Of a stretch of DNA of 64,000 nt, positions 47,798 to 60,500 are shown piece after piece. The translations under genes were made by a program, and so were the position numbers. Each line of letters starts with the position of its first letter. Within the stretch, counting starts at the first letter, position 1. The notes under the pieces were generated by a model that did no database searches, was not told where the DNA came from, and saw nothing but the letters and a program-made list of their open reading frames with translations. The DNA is from Xylographa opegraphella (lineage: Eukaryota): positions 62,001 to 126,000 of the forward strand of contig JALDZX010000035.1 in assembly GCA_022813865.1 (NCBI GenBank). Reading direction: 5' to 3'.

Positions 47798-49541
47798 CTA
47801 CGAAGCATCGATAGCGGGTTGTGCTGAGGTCTCTTGCTGAGACAGCCCGTTCTGACGATTTGGTAGACTCTGCTCTTTCTGCGGTCCTCGTCGTGACCCA
47901 TAGGCCTGACCTTGGTTTCGATGGTTCCTTTGTGAAGCTCCAGGCTGCTGATTCATTTGCCCTCGTCCAGCTCCTTGGCCCCGTCCTTGTGGATGGGAGC
48001 TACCATTGGTGGTAGCATTTTGATTGCTGCGAGGCTGGCCCGTTCCCGCCGAGGTCTCTGGTGGTTGTGTTGACGTTGGACGTAGAACAGGTGCATTGGC
48101 CACAGGCCGAGGAATGGTCTCAGGGGAATCATATACATAGAGCTTCTTGTCAATAGCCTGAGGAATGGGCTGAATCTCAGTACCCAATTCCTGCTCGATC
48201 TTGTACAGATTGAAACGGTCTTCCCAATTGATCAGGTTGATGGCCAATCCCAAATGACCAAAACGGCCAGACCGGCCAATCCGGTGCAAGTAGGTCTCAG
48301 CATTTTTGGGGAAATCGAAGTTTATGACAACATTAACGGCCTGGATATCAATGCCTCGAGTGAGAAGATCCGAACACACAAGGTTCCGACAAACGCCGTT
48401 ACGGAAGTCATGAAACACCCGATTACGGTGGTTCTGAAGCATGCGTGCGTGGGAATAGAAGCATGAATATCCAAGTTCGGTAATTTTCTTCGCGAGCAGC
48501 TCAACACGATTGGTTGAGTTACAGAAAATTATAGACTGGTTGATTTGCAGTTTGGAAAATAATGTATTCAAGCAATGTACCTTTTGTTTCTCTTCAACAA
48601 ATGCGTAATACTGCGTAATACCGCGAAGTGTTAGCTCATCCATCAGATTGATCTCATAGGGTGCCTTCATATGTTTATCCTAAGAATCTGTCAGTATATC
48701 TAGACTTGAAAAGAGCTGATCATAACTACCTTGAATGATTTGACGATTATAGGGAAAGTAGCACTAAAGAGCATGACTTGGCGATCTTTGGGATGGAAAG
48801 AGAGAAGTTGTTCAATAACAGGTGTGAATTCTGGAGAAAGGAGTTTGTCGGCTTCGTCCATGACAAAAGTTGGACATTCGGTAAGGTCGGCCACACCTTT
48901 GCTAGCAAGATCTAATATGCGGCCAGGAGTGCCGACAATGATATGCACTGCTTCGTTGAGGCGAATGATGTCGTCCTTTAGACCCGTCCCGCCGGTAGTC
49001 ACCATGACATTTATGCCAAGATGCTTACCCAACGTTTTACAGACCTGGGAAGTCTGCAAGGCCAACTCTCGTGTAGGCACAAGAATCAGGGCTTGGGTCT
49101 TTGTGCTTTTTGGATTGATGCGCTCGAGTGTGGGGATAACAAAAGCAGCAGTTTTACCGGTGCCATTCTTAGCTCTAGCCAGAATATCACGACCTGTGAG
49201 GGCCACAGGTATTGTCTCTTCCTGAATCGGTGACGGTTTCTCGAACCCAGCCTCGTAAATACCCATCATTAACTCGCGGCTGATGTAGAAGTCCTCAAAT
49301 TCAAGGCCTTTAGTAGCGGTGACATCCTGCAGATTATCAGACGCAGTGACTCGTGGAGAACGACCTGATCTACCTCAGTTTGGGGTCGAGCATCTTTGAC
49401 AGGCGCTTTGAGCTTTGCCTTCCAATCGCTGTCCGCAGTACTATCGCTACCACAACGACTTAGCAAAAGCTCGTGTCGTTGAATAGCATAAACTCACCTG
49501 AGTTTCGTATTGCTAAGTTGATCTGATAATGATGTCGCCAT
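47798..49541 (-). CDS. DHH1: DEAD-box RNA helicase Dhh1/DDX6, 4 exons
   Basis: [50 protein letters not shown] and [12 protein letters not shown], followed by a Q/N/G-rich tail. Confidence 0.96.
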
Positions 49542-50449
49542 AGTAAATCATGCGAAATCAGACCCAAGGTTCAGGGCACGAGATGGTGAATTGTGGGGGG
49601 GGTCACGGTGAGGATTTGGTGAAACTCCGTTCTGGCTCTCGCTTTAGACACTGGTGATATTGAATCTAAGCGTGGCTTCCTTCAAACTTGGGCGATCTTG
49701 GTACCCGAGTCACAGGTTCGTGGTAGATGAGTCGGGGGACTCTTGCGACTGCTCGAAGGTGGAGTGTCTTAAGCTTATAGAACTAGATTGTGGATGCGAC
49801 TTCTCTTGTGGTATTTCGTACTGTGTAATAGAAGATTTTAGAACAGCTTTAGTTGTATTCAACTTGTGTGACAATCCGTGTGTGGGAGTTCTTTTATCAC
49901 AATAGCTCGTTGAGTTATCTGAATTCACAAAACACAACCGTAACTAGCGGAACATCTTTCTTCCGTCGTGCCCCTTTCTAAGAAACCTCACTATGTACCT
50001 AAGTTCCAGCCAGCTACATTTAATTACCACTGACCTACAAAACCTCGAATCCTGGGCCCCGTATTACCAGCAGGACACACACGATTTCAAAGGTCGCTAT
50101 ACAGCCACAATGTTGCATTGACCAGTGGAACAAGAACATACAGGAGACCAGCACGGACAGTTCGCTTGGAGGATTGTTCATGTCAAGCGATTTCCGTGAT
50201 CTCGGATCTGTCGCTCTCAACGAAGACAGGATTGCCTGAGCCATTTAAGCATTTCCCCGGCCGGCTGCATGCATAGTTGTTCCAATATGGCTGTTTAGGG
50301 AATCCGAAGCCATCTAGCTTCTCGCTGGCCTACCAGCTATAAGTGGACGGTACTGGAACAGCAAAACGCAAATGCGTCACGGCTCGTTCTCGAAGTCAAT
50401 CGTTCGAGAAACTCTAAGTCCTGGAGCTCACACCCAATTGAATGCTAGA

Positions 50450-53400
50450 CTACTCTCTGGTGAAGTTTAAAGTCCTCTGGTTTCGTTCTGGGTCTTGCAA
50501 TCTAAAGAAGTCAGTATTATACCAGCTTCGCACGGCCCAATTGATACGCACTTTATAATCTTGATGTCGGTTTTGCTATCAGCATTGTTCATTCCTTGGG
50601 GCGTAATAAAGATAAATTGGCGGCCCACAGCTCCCCTGGCTGCTGCGATCTGGCGTTCTATTAGCCAAATGTGGACGTCAGGAGTCACTGATACTCACAA
50701 GTAATCCCATGCTGATGTCTCGATTCACGCTGTCCATGAAAACATCACTATGACTTGTAAGCGACGATAATATTGGTTGGTTGTAGCTACAAACAATTCA
50801 TCAAGACAACGGACGGGAGCTCCCATGGCCTCCCACAGTGCCAGAAGCAAACAGATTGTCGAGAAAGACTTCTCACCGCCGGATAACGTTTTAGTTTGCC
50901 GACCTTTGCTTGTTTGAGTCTCATCGGGTTGAACCTATAGAGAATTAGTATCTTACAACTGGCAAAAAGCGTGAGAGTGACCAACAATCAGTTCCAGTAG
51001 CCGCGTCTTGTGGTCAATAGCTAATTTACCACGATGGCCGCGATGTGACAACATTAGAACAAACGCGTTTCTGGCGCGGGTTGTAATCAATTTCTGGAAT
51101 CGTTCCCACCGCTTTCGACGGTTGTGGAGACTGAGCTTCAGCAGCTGTATATGGAATCAGTATTGAAAACTTGTACGGAGGACAAAGGACCAGATCATGA
51201 ACGCACCTGAGCCAGCCGTTGTTCCTCTTGTAGTGAAGCTAATGCGTCTAGGTGCTCCTTCGTAGCTTTTGCAAGATCCTCGGCGATTTTTCTTGTATTC
51301 CCACCAAAACTAAAGTGAAGTTAGACAGGATCTAGTCTTGTGGTTGACGACGTTACCTCTTCTCATAAGCATTAACTTGCTCAATGACATTTCCTAGCTT
51401 CTTCTCTATTGCCTTCCCTGTTACTCCTGGTGGTATTGAGACTCTTGGGCCAACTTTAGATGCACCTTCAATGAAAGCTGCAACCGCCTCAACCTTCTCT
51501 GTTCGGCCTTCTTGAAGGTCCTTAAGATCCTCTGTCGCTACCCGCAAAGCTTCAATAGCCGAATTTTTGTCTTGTAATGCACTGTGTCTCTGTTCAATAA
51601 GTTTTGTGGATCTCTTCTCAGCTTTCTTCAACTTAAGTTCTGCCTCTGCTAAGCGAGCGTCAATGATAGTCATACTCTTCTGATATTCTTTCATCTGAGC
51701 CAAGAAATTATCTTTTGCGAGCACCGACTCCTCGTACGAGCCTTCCAGCATCGTCTGTTCTTCATTCGTCTCTTCTAAGCCTTTTTTCAGGGCCTCCAAT
51801 CTGCCTTCCTGACCTGCACCTAAATCAATAGTATCCTGAAGGTCATCGGCCTCTGACTCCGCACGGCGGATATCATCTTGAAGTTCTTTAGAATGCCTGT
51901 GATGTCGTGCAATTGCTTTGTTGCAGTCTTCCACTGCATTCTGTGCTTCACGATAACGTCGATCAAGCTCTGTGAGATCGCCCTGAAGTCGCTTAAGGGT
52001 ATCTCTTCGAAGGCTATTTCTATGAGCATCTCTCTGTCTGATGAGACACTGATCATACCTTATTTGTACTTCTACATCTGTCTTCATCCTCGGGATCCCT
52101 GAGAAATGATCGACGAAAGTGCTATTGACGCCGCCTTTGTTGGCATAAGTAAGGCGCACTCCACGACGGCCATTAAAACTGTAGCACTGCTTCACATTTG
52201 GAAATACTGTTTTAATCATAAGCTCTCTGGCTTCCTCATTATTTTCGATGAGAATAGTCTGTTCAATGGCCTGATTTATAACCAACTGCCGCAGCACTAT
52301 CGGGTTGTCAATCTGTGGAACCGTTAGTGAAACACAAATATTCGGAATAGATGCACAACAGCCAGAATCCTCAATGTTGTCTCGAAATCCCGCGAAGGTT
52401 CGTGGCGTGAGAAGTCAAGGCTTGAGTTGTTACCGATGACAATAGGAAAGGAGCTATACTCGTCAGTACACGAAAACTAGGATATACCACTTTTCGCCTT
52501 ACCATTTACATCTTTGCATCATGGATGAAAGCTCGCTCTGGTCCTGCTTGCTTGTTACAATGAAGCTGTTTAGAACGCCTCCAAATGATTTCTCGAGGAT
52601 GCCTGACCACGCAGGTTTCAACAGACGAACATATTCACCGATAGGGCCCACAGGCGGCTGTTGAAAACTGTTATCTTGTCGAACAGCTTTGATCAAATTA
52701 GCCATCCCTGGTGGATAGCCACCCAAATGCTGGCCCCGATCTTTCATCAGTGCCTGTAAATCATTATTGCATTGCTGTATTTCCTGGTTCTTATCGCGTC
52801 TCGGACCTTTAAGAGCTTCTAGGCCTTGGACAGCACCGACCTTGTCATCCTCGAGGCTTTTTAGTACTCGGGCGTGTTCTTCCAATCGCCTCTTAACCAC
52901 TTCGATCTCGGCTTTTCGCCCGTCCAGTTCTGCAAGACGTCTGGCATGGCTACCTCCATTAGCTTCTTCAAGTTTACGATACTCTTCAGCTATGTCATCC
53001 TTGAATTTTGCTATTCGCCGCTCTGTCTCTCGCAGCATTTCTTTGATTCTCCTTTGCTCTGTCTGTACCTTAGTCAGCAAGACTTAAATTACGTCGTAAC
53101 AAGGTTGAAGATACCTGAACGGCTTTGGCTTCTGCTTTGCTGTTGTCGAAACTCTCTTTCTGTGTCTCCTTCTCGGAGATTATTGGATTTAATTCGGTCT
53201 TTGCATCCTCAATGTGAATTTGTACCGTTTCAAGGGCTGAATTTGCTTGCTCGAATTTGTCACTGACCAAGGTCACCTTGCCTTCGATGTTTGTGATCAT
53301 CTCCTCGGCTTTGGTAATTTCATTATCGTGGGACATTAGGCACTCCTCCTGTTCTTCTACCTGAGCCCAAGCCATCTGAAGGCTCAGTTGACGAACTCTT

Positions 53401-54407
53401 TTCCGAATGTTTTCTTGTTTCTCTGACATCGCGAAAACTACTTTGGCCTTTTTAGCAATATCATCGAGAATATTTATGGTGTCTTCTTTCTCTGGAAAGG
53501 TCGTCTCCGTTTTGTCAATTAATTCTTCTAAAAGCTGGTAGTCTTGTGCAAGCTGCTCTAGCTGGACGCCCTTGATGAAGAATTTGTACTTTTCCTGCGG
53601 GGTAGAATTGTTGAGAAATTGCCGTGCCATATCTTGTGTCAGTATAGTCATAGGATTGTCAATTTGCAGAGCAAAGTAATCCGATATGTCCTCAAGGTCC
53701 GCTTTACGAGTCGATATGATTTTCCCCGAAGCACTTTTTAGCTTGAACCCGCTAGTACCAGCTCTGTTGAAATGGCGCTCAACAATTATAGAATTCCCGT
53801 AAACGTCCTGAGAATATCCGGCTTCGCCAGCATTCTTCAATTTGATGCTGAGTACACACTGTCTGTCATCGTTAGCGTACATTATGTCTCCAATATACAC
53901 ACTTACTCTTGACCCTCTTTGATAAATGCCTTCAAGTTTCCTGCACGATTGGTACTTGACGCCTTCCCACCAAGACATATTGTAATGGCCGTCAGTACGG
54001 CACTCTTGCCGCTCCCATTGTGTCCGATCACAAAATTTATCAGCGGCCCAAGGGCGACCTCAAGATAGCCATGGCACATAAAGTTCGTGCATGTCACCGA
54101 CTCAATGATGCCGTTGTCTGCGGGTAGGTTCTCCTGTCTGATCTTTCTCCGACGCTTTTCCGCATATTGACTCGCCTGCAACTCCTCATGCTCCTCGTCC
54201 GTCGAACCATCTGTACTGTCCAAATCAGAAATATCCTCAAGGCCCATTGAGAGCCTCGGCTTTTTTGACTGAATTGTGTCAGTGTATGCGTTTTCTCAAG
54301 GGACGGGGCGGGCTGACACTATCTTGTCGAGTTTCGGAAAGCTCTTCTTCCTCGGAATCTTCCTCATCCTCGTATAGCGACTGCCTTGACCGCTTCAGAG
54401 CAGGCAT
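50450..54407 (-). CDS. SMC6: Structural maintenance of chromosomes protein 6, multi-exon
   Basis: NFMCH, Walker [30 protein letters not shown], hinge PVGPIG, signature [21 protein letters not shown], Walker B CLDEFDVFMD and QFIFITPQ. Confidence 0.93.
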
Positions 54408-54420
54408 TTCGCCGAAGGGT

Positions 54421-54547
54421 TCGCGACAACCAGACACGGAAACAAATTGCCCAAAAAGCTACGCGAGGATGCTTGAGTTCAAGGTTCAGTTGCACGCGGT
54501 GGAGAAACGCGCTAGTTGAGAAACGATTTAGTTAGCGGGCCGCGAAA
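54421..54547. promoter_or_regulatory. Cluster of CGCG-core (MCB/SCB-like) elements upstream of SMC6
   Basis: TCGCGA at 54421, ACGCG at 54461, 54494 and 54507, and CGCGAAA at 54541, all within ~130 bp of the ATG. Confidence 0.5.
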
Positions 54548-54888
54548 CCTCCCGACTACCTTATCGATACCTTATCCTACCTTCCGACCTACCCCTTAAG
54601 GTACGAAGTAGTGTAGATACCTTGAGGCAATAAATAATCTCAACATCCCGAGTTGAAAGCTCAACTTTGCCCCTGGGCCATTACAGGTTGGCACTACTTC
54701 AAGCACGGTATCAGTAGGCGATCGTTTATTTACATTACGATATGGTTGCTCTGTCTATATGATATACAGAGACGGGGCAACAATTACGGACTAGTAGGGG
54801 TCTTTGTACTGGAGGTACCAATCGATCACAGAATATGATATTTTGGTATTTACATGCTTGGTTAACTTTTGGTACAATAAATATCATA

Positions 54889-57152
54889 TTATACCACAAC
54901 CTTTTTCAATTGCGTTACCGTCGCTAGAGCTCGTCTGCATTTCCCCCTCAGCTGTTCTGTATCCTCCAACCCAACACTGATTCTAATAAGGTCTGCTTCT
55001 ACACCATACTGTGCAGCCTACCCGAGGTTAGATCAATTCTGCGTGATCTTTGGACTTTACTTACCCAATCAAGCTCGTTATAATGTGCAAGGATCACATA
55101 CGGCGAGCTGCTGATAGTTAACTTCATATGAGAAAGCCATATCGGAGAAATATACCAGAGGGTAAAATTGGTACCCAGACTTGGGCCCTTCGCGACTTCA
55201 AGAGCATCGAAGAAAGTTACAGCTTCCGCTGTCCTTTGGAAAGTTACCGAGAGGAGTCCTCCATATCCTCCAGTCGGATGGCGGAATTCGTCATAAAACG
55301 GTCGGGTCGGGCTGTATTTTGGATAGTAGATCTCCTTTACTATCGAACTATCAGTGTCTACTAAAGTTACGTTCCCAATAGATGGCTAACCATGTGGTGA
55401 GGCCTTGAGAACCTCGCAGATTGCCTCTGCGTTCTTGTTTATCCGATCGATTCTGGACACAAAGTCTCTGCTGTTTCTTTCAAGATATATTGCATCTTCA
55501 GGCCAGTAATTGTCTTCGTACTCGACAATCATCGTCTCTCGAAGTTGATGATAGTATCGGCTTCGAGGATTCAAAATCGAGCTAGATATGTTAGCTCCAC
55601 CTGTAATTAACACAACGGTCAAGCCTACCTGCCGCCCATAACGTTACTGTCCCCACTGAAAACTTTGGTTAAGCTACTGACGACGACATCTGCGACGGGC
55701 AGGATGTGGACATTCATGAAGTTACCAATGGTTTCATCGACCACTACAGCAAAATCATACTGATCGGCAAGCTTGCGTATCCGCCGCAGATCGGGAGACT
55801 TCAGCAATGGATTCCCCGGGAACTCGCAGAAAAGAGCAAGATACTTTTCACCACGCTTACAGCGTGTCTCAAGATCGTCCAGATCTGCGGACGATCCATG
55901 ACCATAAAACAAACATCCAGGACCCCATTTCTCCAAAATCTTGAGTGTGTCAATATATGGAAAACTGTGTCTTGTCAGCTCTATGAACAAACATGATGTC
56001 AGCAGGGGATCGTACCCGAAGCTGACACTTTTCAGCGGACCCCTCGTCTTGAGCATGACCCGGTGAGTATTGAAGATCGAATTCATACCACACGGGTAAA
56101 GAAAAATATCGTCTTCTGAGAAGCCCTGGACCCTTCGTATAGCCGCCCCTTCACTGGGCATGGTTACAGCTTCTGAAAGATCAACGTCCGCTGTCAATGA
56201 TCCAGCTATCCGTCTCCTGATTGCGCGCTTCGCATTCACCGCTAGCGAGATATTGAGGTTACGACCAAACCGCTCTTCCACGAATTGAGCATAATCCTGC
56301 CGATCAAGGCCAATAGAGCTCGTGGGATTTGAATCCTCGGTTCTTGACATTGCTGCCGGTTCATCTGTATGGTCGAGTGACGCTCTTCTTTGGTATCTGC
56401 GCGGTCCTTTGCACATACGGTCTGACCGAATGTTTTCTGACACAACAGGGTTGCGTGATGTCAGATAACCCTCTTCAAATGCTTTATAGCAGAATTCAGC
56501 TCTTCGACTTGAGACCCCCTCCCCACTATGCTGCCAGAATGTTTTTGCATGCCGGGCTTCACTTTTCGGATATATTACGGCAGATATGATTGTTTTCGAA
56601 GTACCAGTTATCTTTGGGTGAGGTGCCTTATTCTGAAGTATCAAGTCTACGATACGAAGGTAATCATACGGTCGTGCTGCAGAATCTTTGGCAGCAGTGC
56701 TCTTGTGAGCCGTGGTTTGGGCCAGAAATTCAAGACACCTTGTCGCAGCGGCCGGAGACGGGAATAGCATAGCTTGCTCATCCGGACCACCATATTTACG
56801 AGCAACAGCCTCGGCAAATGCTTGGATTCCAGTATGAATGAAAAACCTTGTTAGTGTTAGAGAGAATCTTTCCAGAGCTCGTAATTTCCCATTCACCTAG
56901 GATAGCCATTTTTCATCTTACTCAATACCCATTCTTCGCCTTCTTCATAGCCAACATTGGCCTTCCACGACGGCAACGATACACTTACGGCCTTTTCCAA
57001 GTTAGACAACCAGGGAAACATTTATTACTCGGAGATGGGTTTTGTTTCTGGATCAAAGAAAACCAGTCACCTACATGAGGAGTGTCAGGTATAGCTTGGC
57101 CCAATTCCCCATGGATTGATGGTGCTGTCGGTGTCACAATCATGGTAGCCAT
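54889..57152 (-). CDS. Cystathionine gamma-synthase (Str2/MetB-like PLP enzyme), multi-exon
   Basis: [20 protein letters not shown]...[44 protein letters not shown] lysine [25 protein letters not shown] and LIRISVGLE. Confidence 0.92.
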
Positions 57153-57564
57153 TCAATATATGTGCGTGACCGACTCAAGTCGATATTTCCGTAATGCTAC
57201 CACTGGTTTTAACCAACCTCGTGGCGGATAATACTCTACAAACTTTTCCCAGATCGCTTTGATGCGATTCGCCTTCCCGATTCCGACTTCGGCACCTATT
57301 TTGCCATTTTAACGCTAAGGTAATGTGATGCAATCCGCAAGGGTCTCTGCTCCAGAGACCCTGCAGCACCGCTAGGACAGGCCGAGAGCCTAGAGGCTGA
57401 CTAGTGAAGCACTAAAATAAGCTTAAATCTCTTCTCTCAATTTTTTGCAACATCCGGGAAGTTTCTATTAAGGTGTTCTTACCGCCTGGCGATTTGGTTA
57501 GCCAACCTCTTTTGAGCCTCCCAAGAAAAAGTCATAGAATTGTCCCGGCAGACCCATTGAGACC

Positions 57565-60500
57565 ATGTATACACGTGGGCCGAAGAGGCGAAAACTTGAT
57601 CGTTCATTGCAAGATCTTGATATAGACGAGGAAGCAGCATCCGGATCCGAGAGTTCCTCGCTTAGCAGCGACTCGGAACTGATTGCGGAATTGGAGAATG
57701 GATCCCCGAACGGCGTCATGTCTGAGAATGCTACACAGTTTTCCAGAGTATCGAGATCACGGACGAAGACAATGCCTACCAAGGATATGTACACCTCGGA
57801 TATGTTTCAAATTCAGTTAGATGAACTGCTTGCGGAAGTTCGCCCTAACTATGAGAAAGTAATGATGAGAGTTGAAAAGACTCTGAGAAGACTGAAACAG
57901 GTTATTGAGAATATACCTGCGCGAAACCCGCAGCCTGTATGTCTCGATCGTCGGATTGTATGTTCTGCTCTTACATGTCATGCAGATATACGAGGCCGCG
58001 AACGTTTTCCAGAACGATACTGATGCAGCTATTCCTTGGCCTGATTCTGGACCTACTCCAGAACTGAAGTATTCTGTTGCATTTGCAAAGCCGGACGACA
58101 TCAACGTGGTTGGCAGTTTCGTCATGAAGACTTCCGTGAAGCATGAAGAACCCCTGGTGATTGACATGGCTGTCACCATGCCATCGGTATTTATGAAGCT
58201 GTCCACGCAAGTTTTGTTGCTGATGTATTTCAGAGTCTGTTCCAGGATAAGGACTACCTGAACAATCGCTATTTTCACAAGAGAGCATATTACCTAGCTT
58301 GCATAGCTAGTTCGATTAACTCAGCTACGGATATCAAGGTTCATCTTCAGTATCAATACCAGAATGATAGTCCGCTACAGCCTATTATTTTGATCACTCC
58401 GGTCTCAAGTAAGTTAGACTGCATGAAGCTGAATCTGCAGGCTGATCTGACCAGTGACAGATGGAGGCGAAAATAACCCTTCAAGCTCGAAATACCGTGT
58501 TAGAATAATTCTAGCTATCAATAGTGCAATATTTGAGATCGCAAAGACCCTACCGTGGAAAAATTGTATCCGATCCGTCTCCTCCGACGACCCGTCCACA
58601 TCATTATCATTATCAACCACAGTATACAATGCTACAATACGTGCCGAAAGCTCCGTAACATCTTATCTGAAGCTTTTTCACGGTACCAAAGCAAAGGCTG
58701 ACGGATTTACAACCGCTTGCGTCCTTGGAAAAGTATGGCTCCGACAGCGGGGCTTCGGAACAGGTCTTTGGAAAGGAGGATTTGGCGGGTTTGAGCTAGA
58801 GTCTACAATTGCACTTCTATTGCAAAGCGGTGGTCCTAAGGGACGACCGCTACTATCTGGAGGTTACAGCAGCTCCCAGATATTCAAGGCATTTCTACAA
58901 TTTTTGACATCCTCGGATCTGACAAAAACACCTCTCATTCTTGGCGATGCAAACTCTTACGATCAAAAGGCATTCAAGACGAACACACCAGTCTTATTCG
59001 ACACAGTTAGAGGACTGAATATTTTGTATAAAATGTCCCCATGGTCATATAAGAAGGCATGTAGCATCAGTTTATCAAGGACTTCTACTAATACTACTGC
59101 AGCTCCGATACGAAGCCCGAATTACTTTGGAGCTTCTCAACAGCATTCTTCTTGATAGATTTGCGCCGACATTCATCTTCAAGGTTGATGATGCTCTGAA
59201 TGAATATGATACCGTGTTACAGTGAGCATGGAATATTGTCATGAAACAACTTGAGCTTACCCACCTGACAGCATATCTGTTCCGACTTATTTAAATCCGA
59301 AAGGTCACACCGTCAACGCGACGGAGAGGCTGTTACACTATTGTACAAAACTGTATACAGCTTTAAGCACAGGACTCGGTGACCGGGTGCGATTAATATA
59401 TCCTAAGACCTTGGCCTTCTCGCCGTGGACGGTCAGTTTGTCGAGACCAGAACCTGCCGATATACAGAATATTGAAATCGGTATTCTTGTTAACCCTAAC
59501 GAAGCCGGACGGGCAGTCGATCGTGGACCTTCCGCGGAGGACAAAAAGGCTGCTACTGCTTTCCAAAAATTCTGGGGCGAGAAAGCGGAGTTACGCCGTT
59601 TCCAAGACGGGAGCATTCTCGAGAGCTTGACTTGGACTGAGAAAGGACAGTTGAGAAGCATTTTGCAACAGATCGTGCTCTACATAATAAACCGCCATTT
59701 TGATGTTGAAGCAGCCAACACCTTACAGTTTATTGCTGATGACTTCGACCCATTGCTTCCTGAAAATCGCGCTTCATTAATGTCTCCATTAACTTTATTT
59801 CAGCCCTCGATGGCAGCCTTCGAGACTCTCGCGAAGCAGATCAGAGATCTTGAAGGTTTACCCCTTCAGATCAGACAGGTATCTGCAGCTTGTGCTGATC
59901 TTCGCTACTCTTCGATCATACCCGGTACGCTCAAAGGGAATCAAGGTCCGGAACAACCGATGGAAATCATTGTGCAATTTGAGGGCTCCAACCGCTGGCC
60001 CGAAGACATCACAGCCATACAGGTCACGAAAATTGCCTTCTCTCTCAAAATCGGGGAGCTCCTTGAAGAGGCCGTCCCCGGCCTCATCACCCGCCTCGGC
60101 CTTGAAAACCAAAGTCCATCGCAAAATCTACTTAACGCTTCCTTCCTCGATATCCTCCCTCCCAACCAGTCTGCTTTCCGGCTACGCATCCACCACGAGC
60201 TCGAAATCAGTATCCTCTCCCGCCGCCTCCAAGACAAGTCGTTGGACGCCCACTCCTGCGAAGCCGCCGCCTCCGCCATCGGCTCCCACAAGCGCACATT
60301 CGTCCACTTACCCGCGCACACACAAGCCATCACCACGCTCTGCACGCGCTTCCCGGCCCTCTCCGCCTCCATTCGTCTGCTGAAGCACTGGTGCGCCTCG
60401 CACCTCCTCCTCGGCCACCTATCCGACCCTCTTATCGAGCTCCTGGCCGTCCACACCTTCACCACACCCTACCCATACACCCCCCCCGGCAGCGTCCGGA

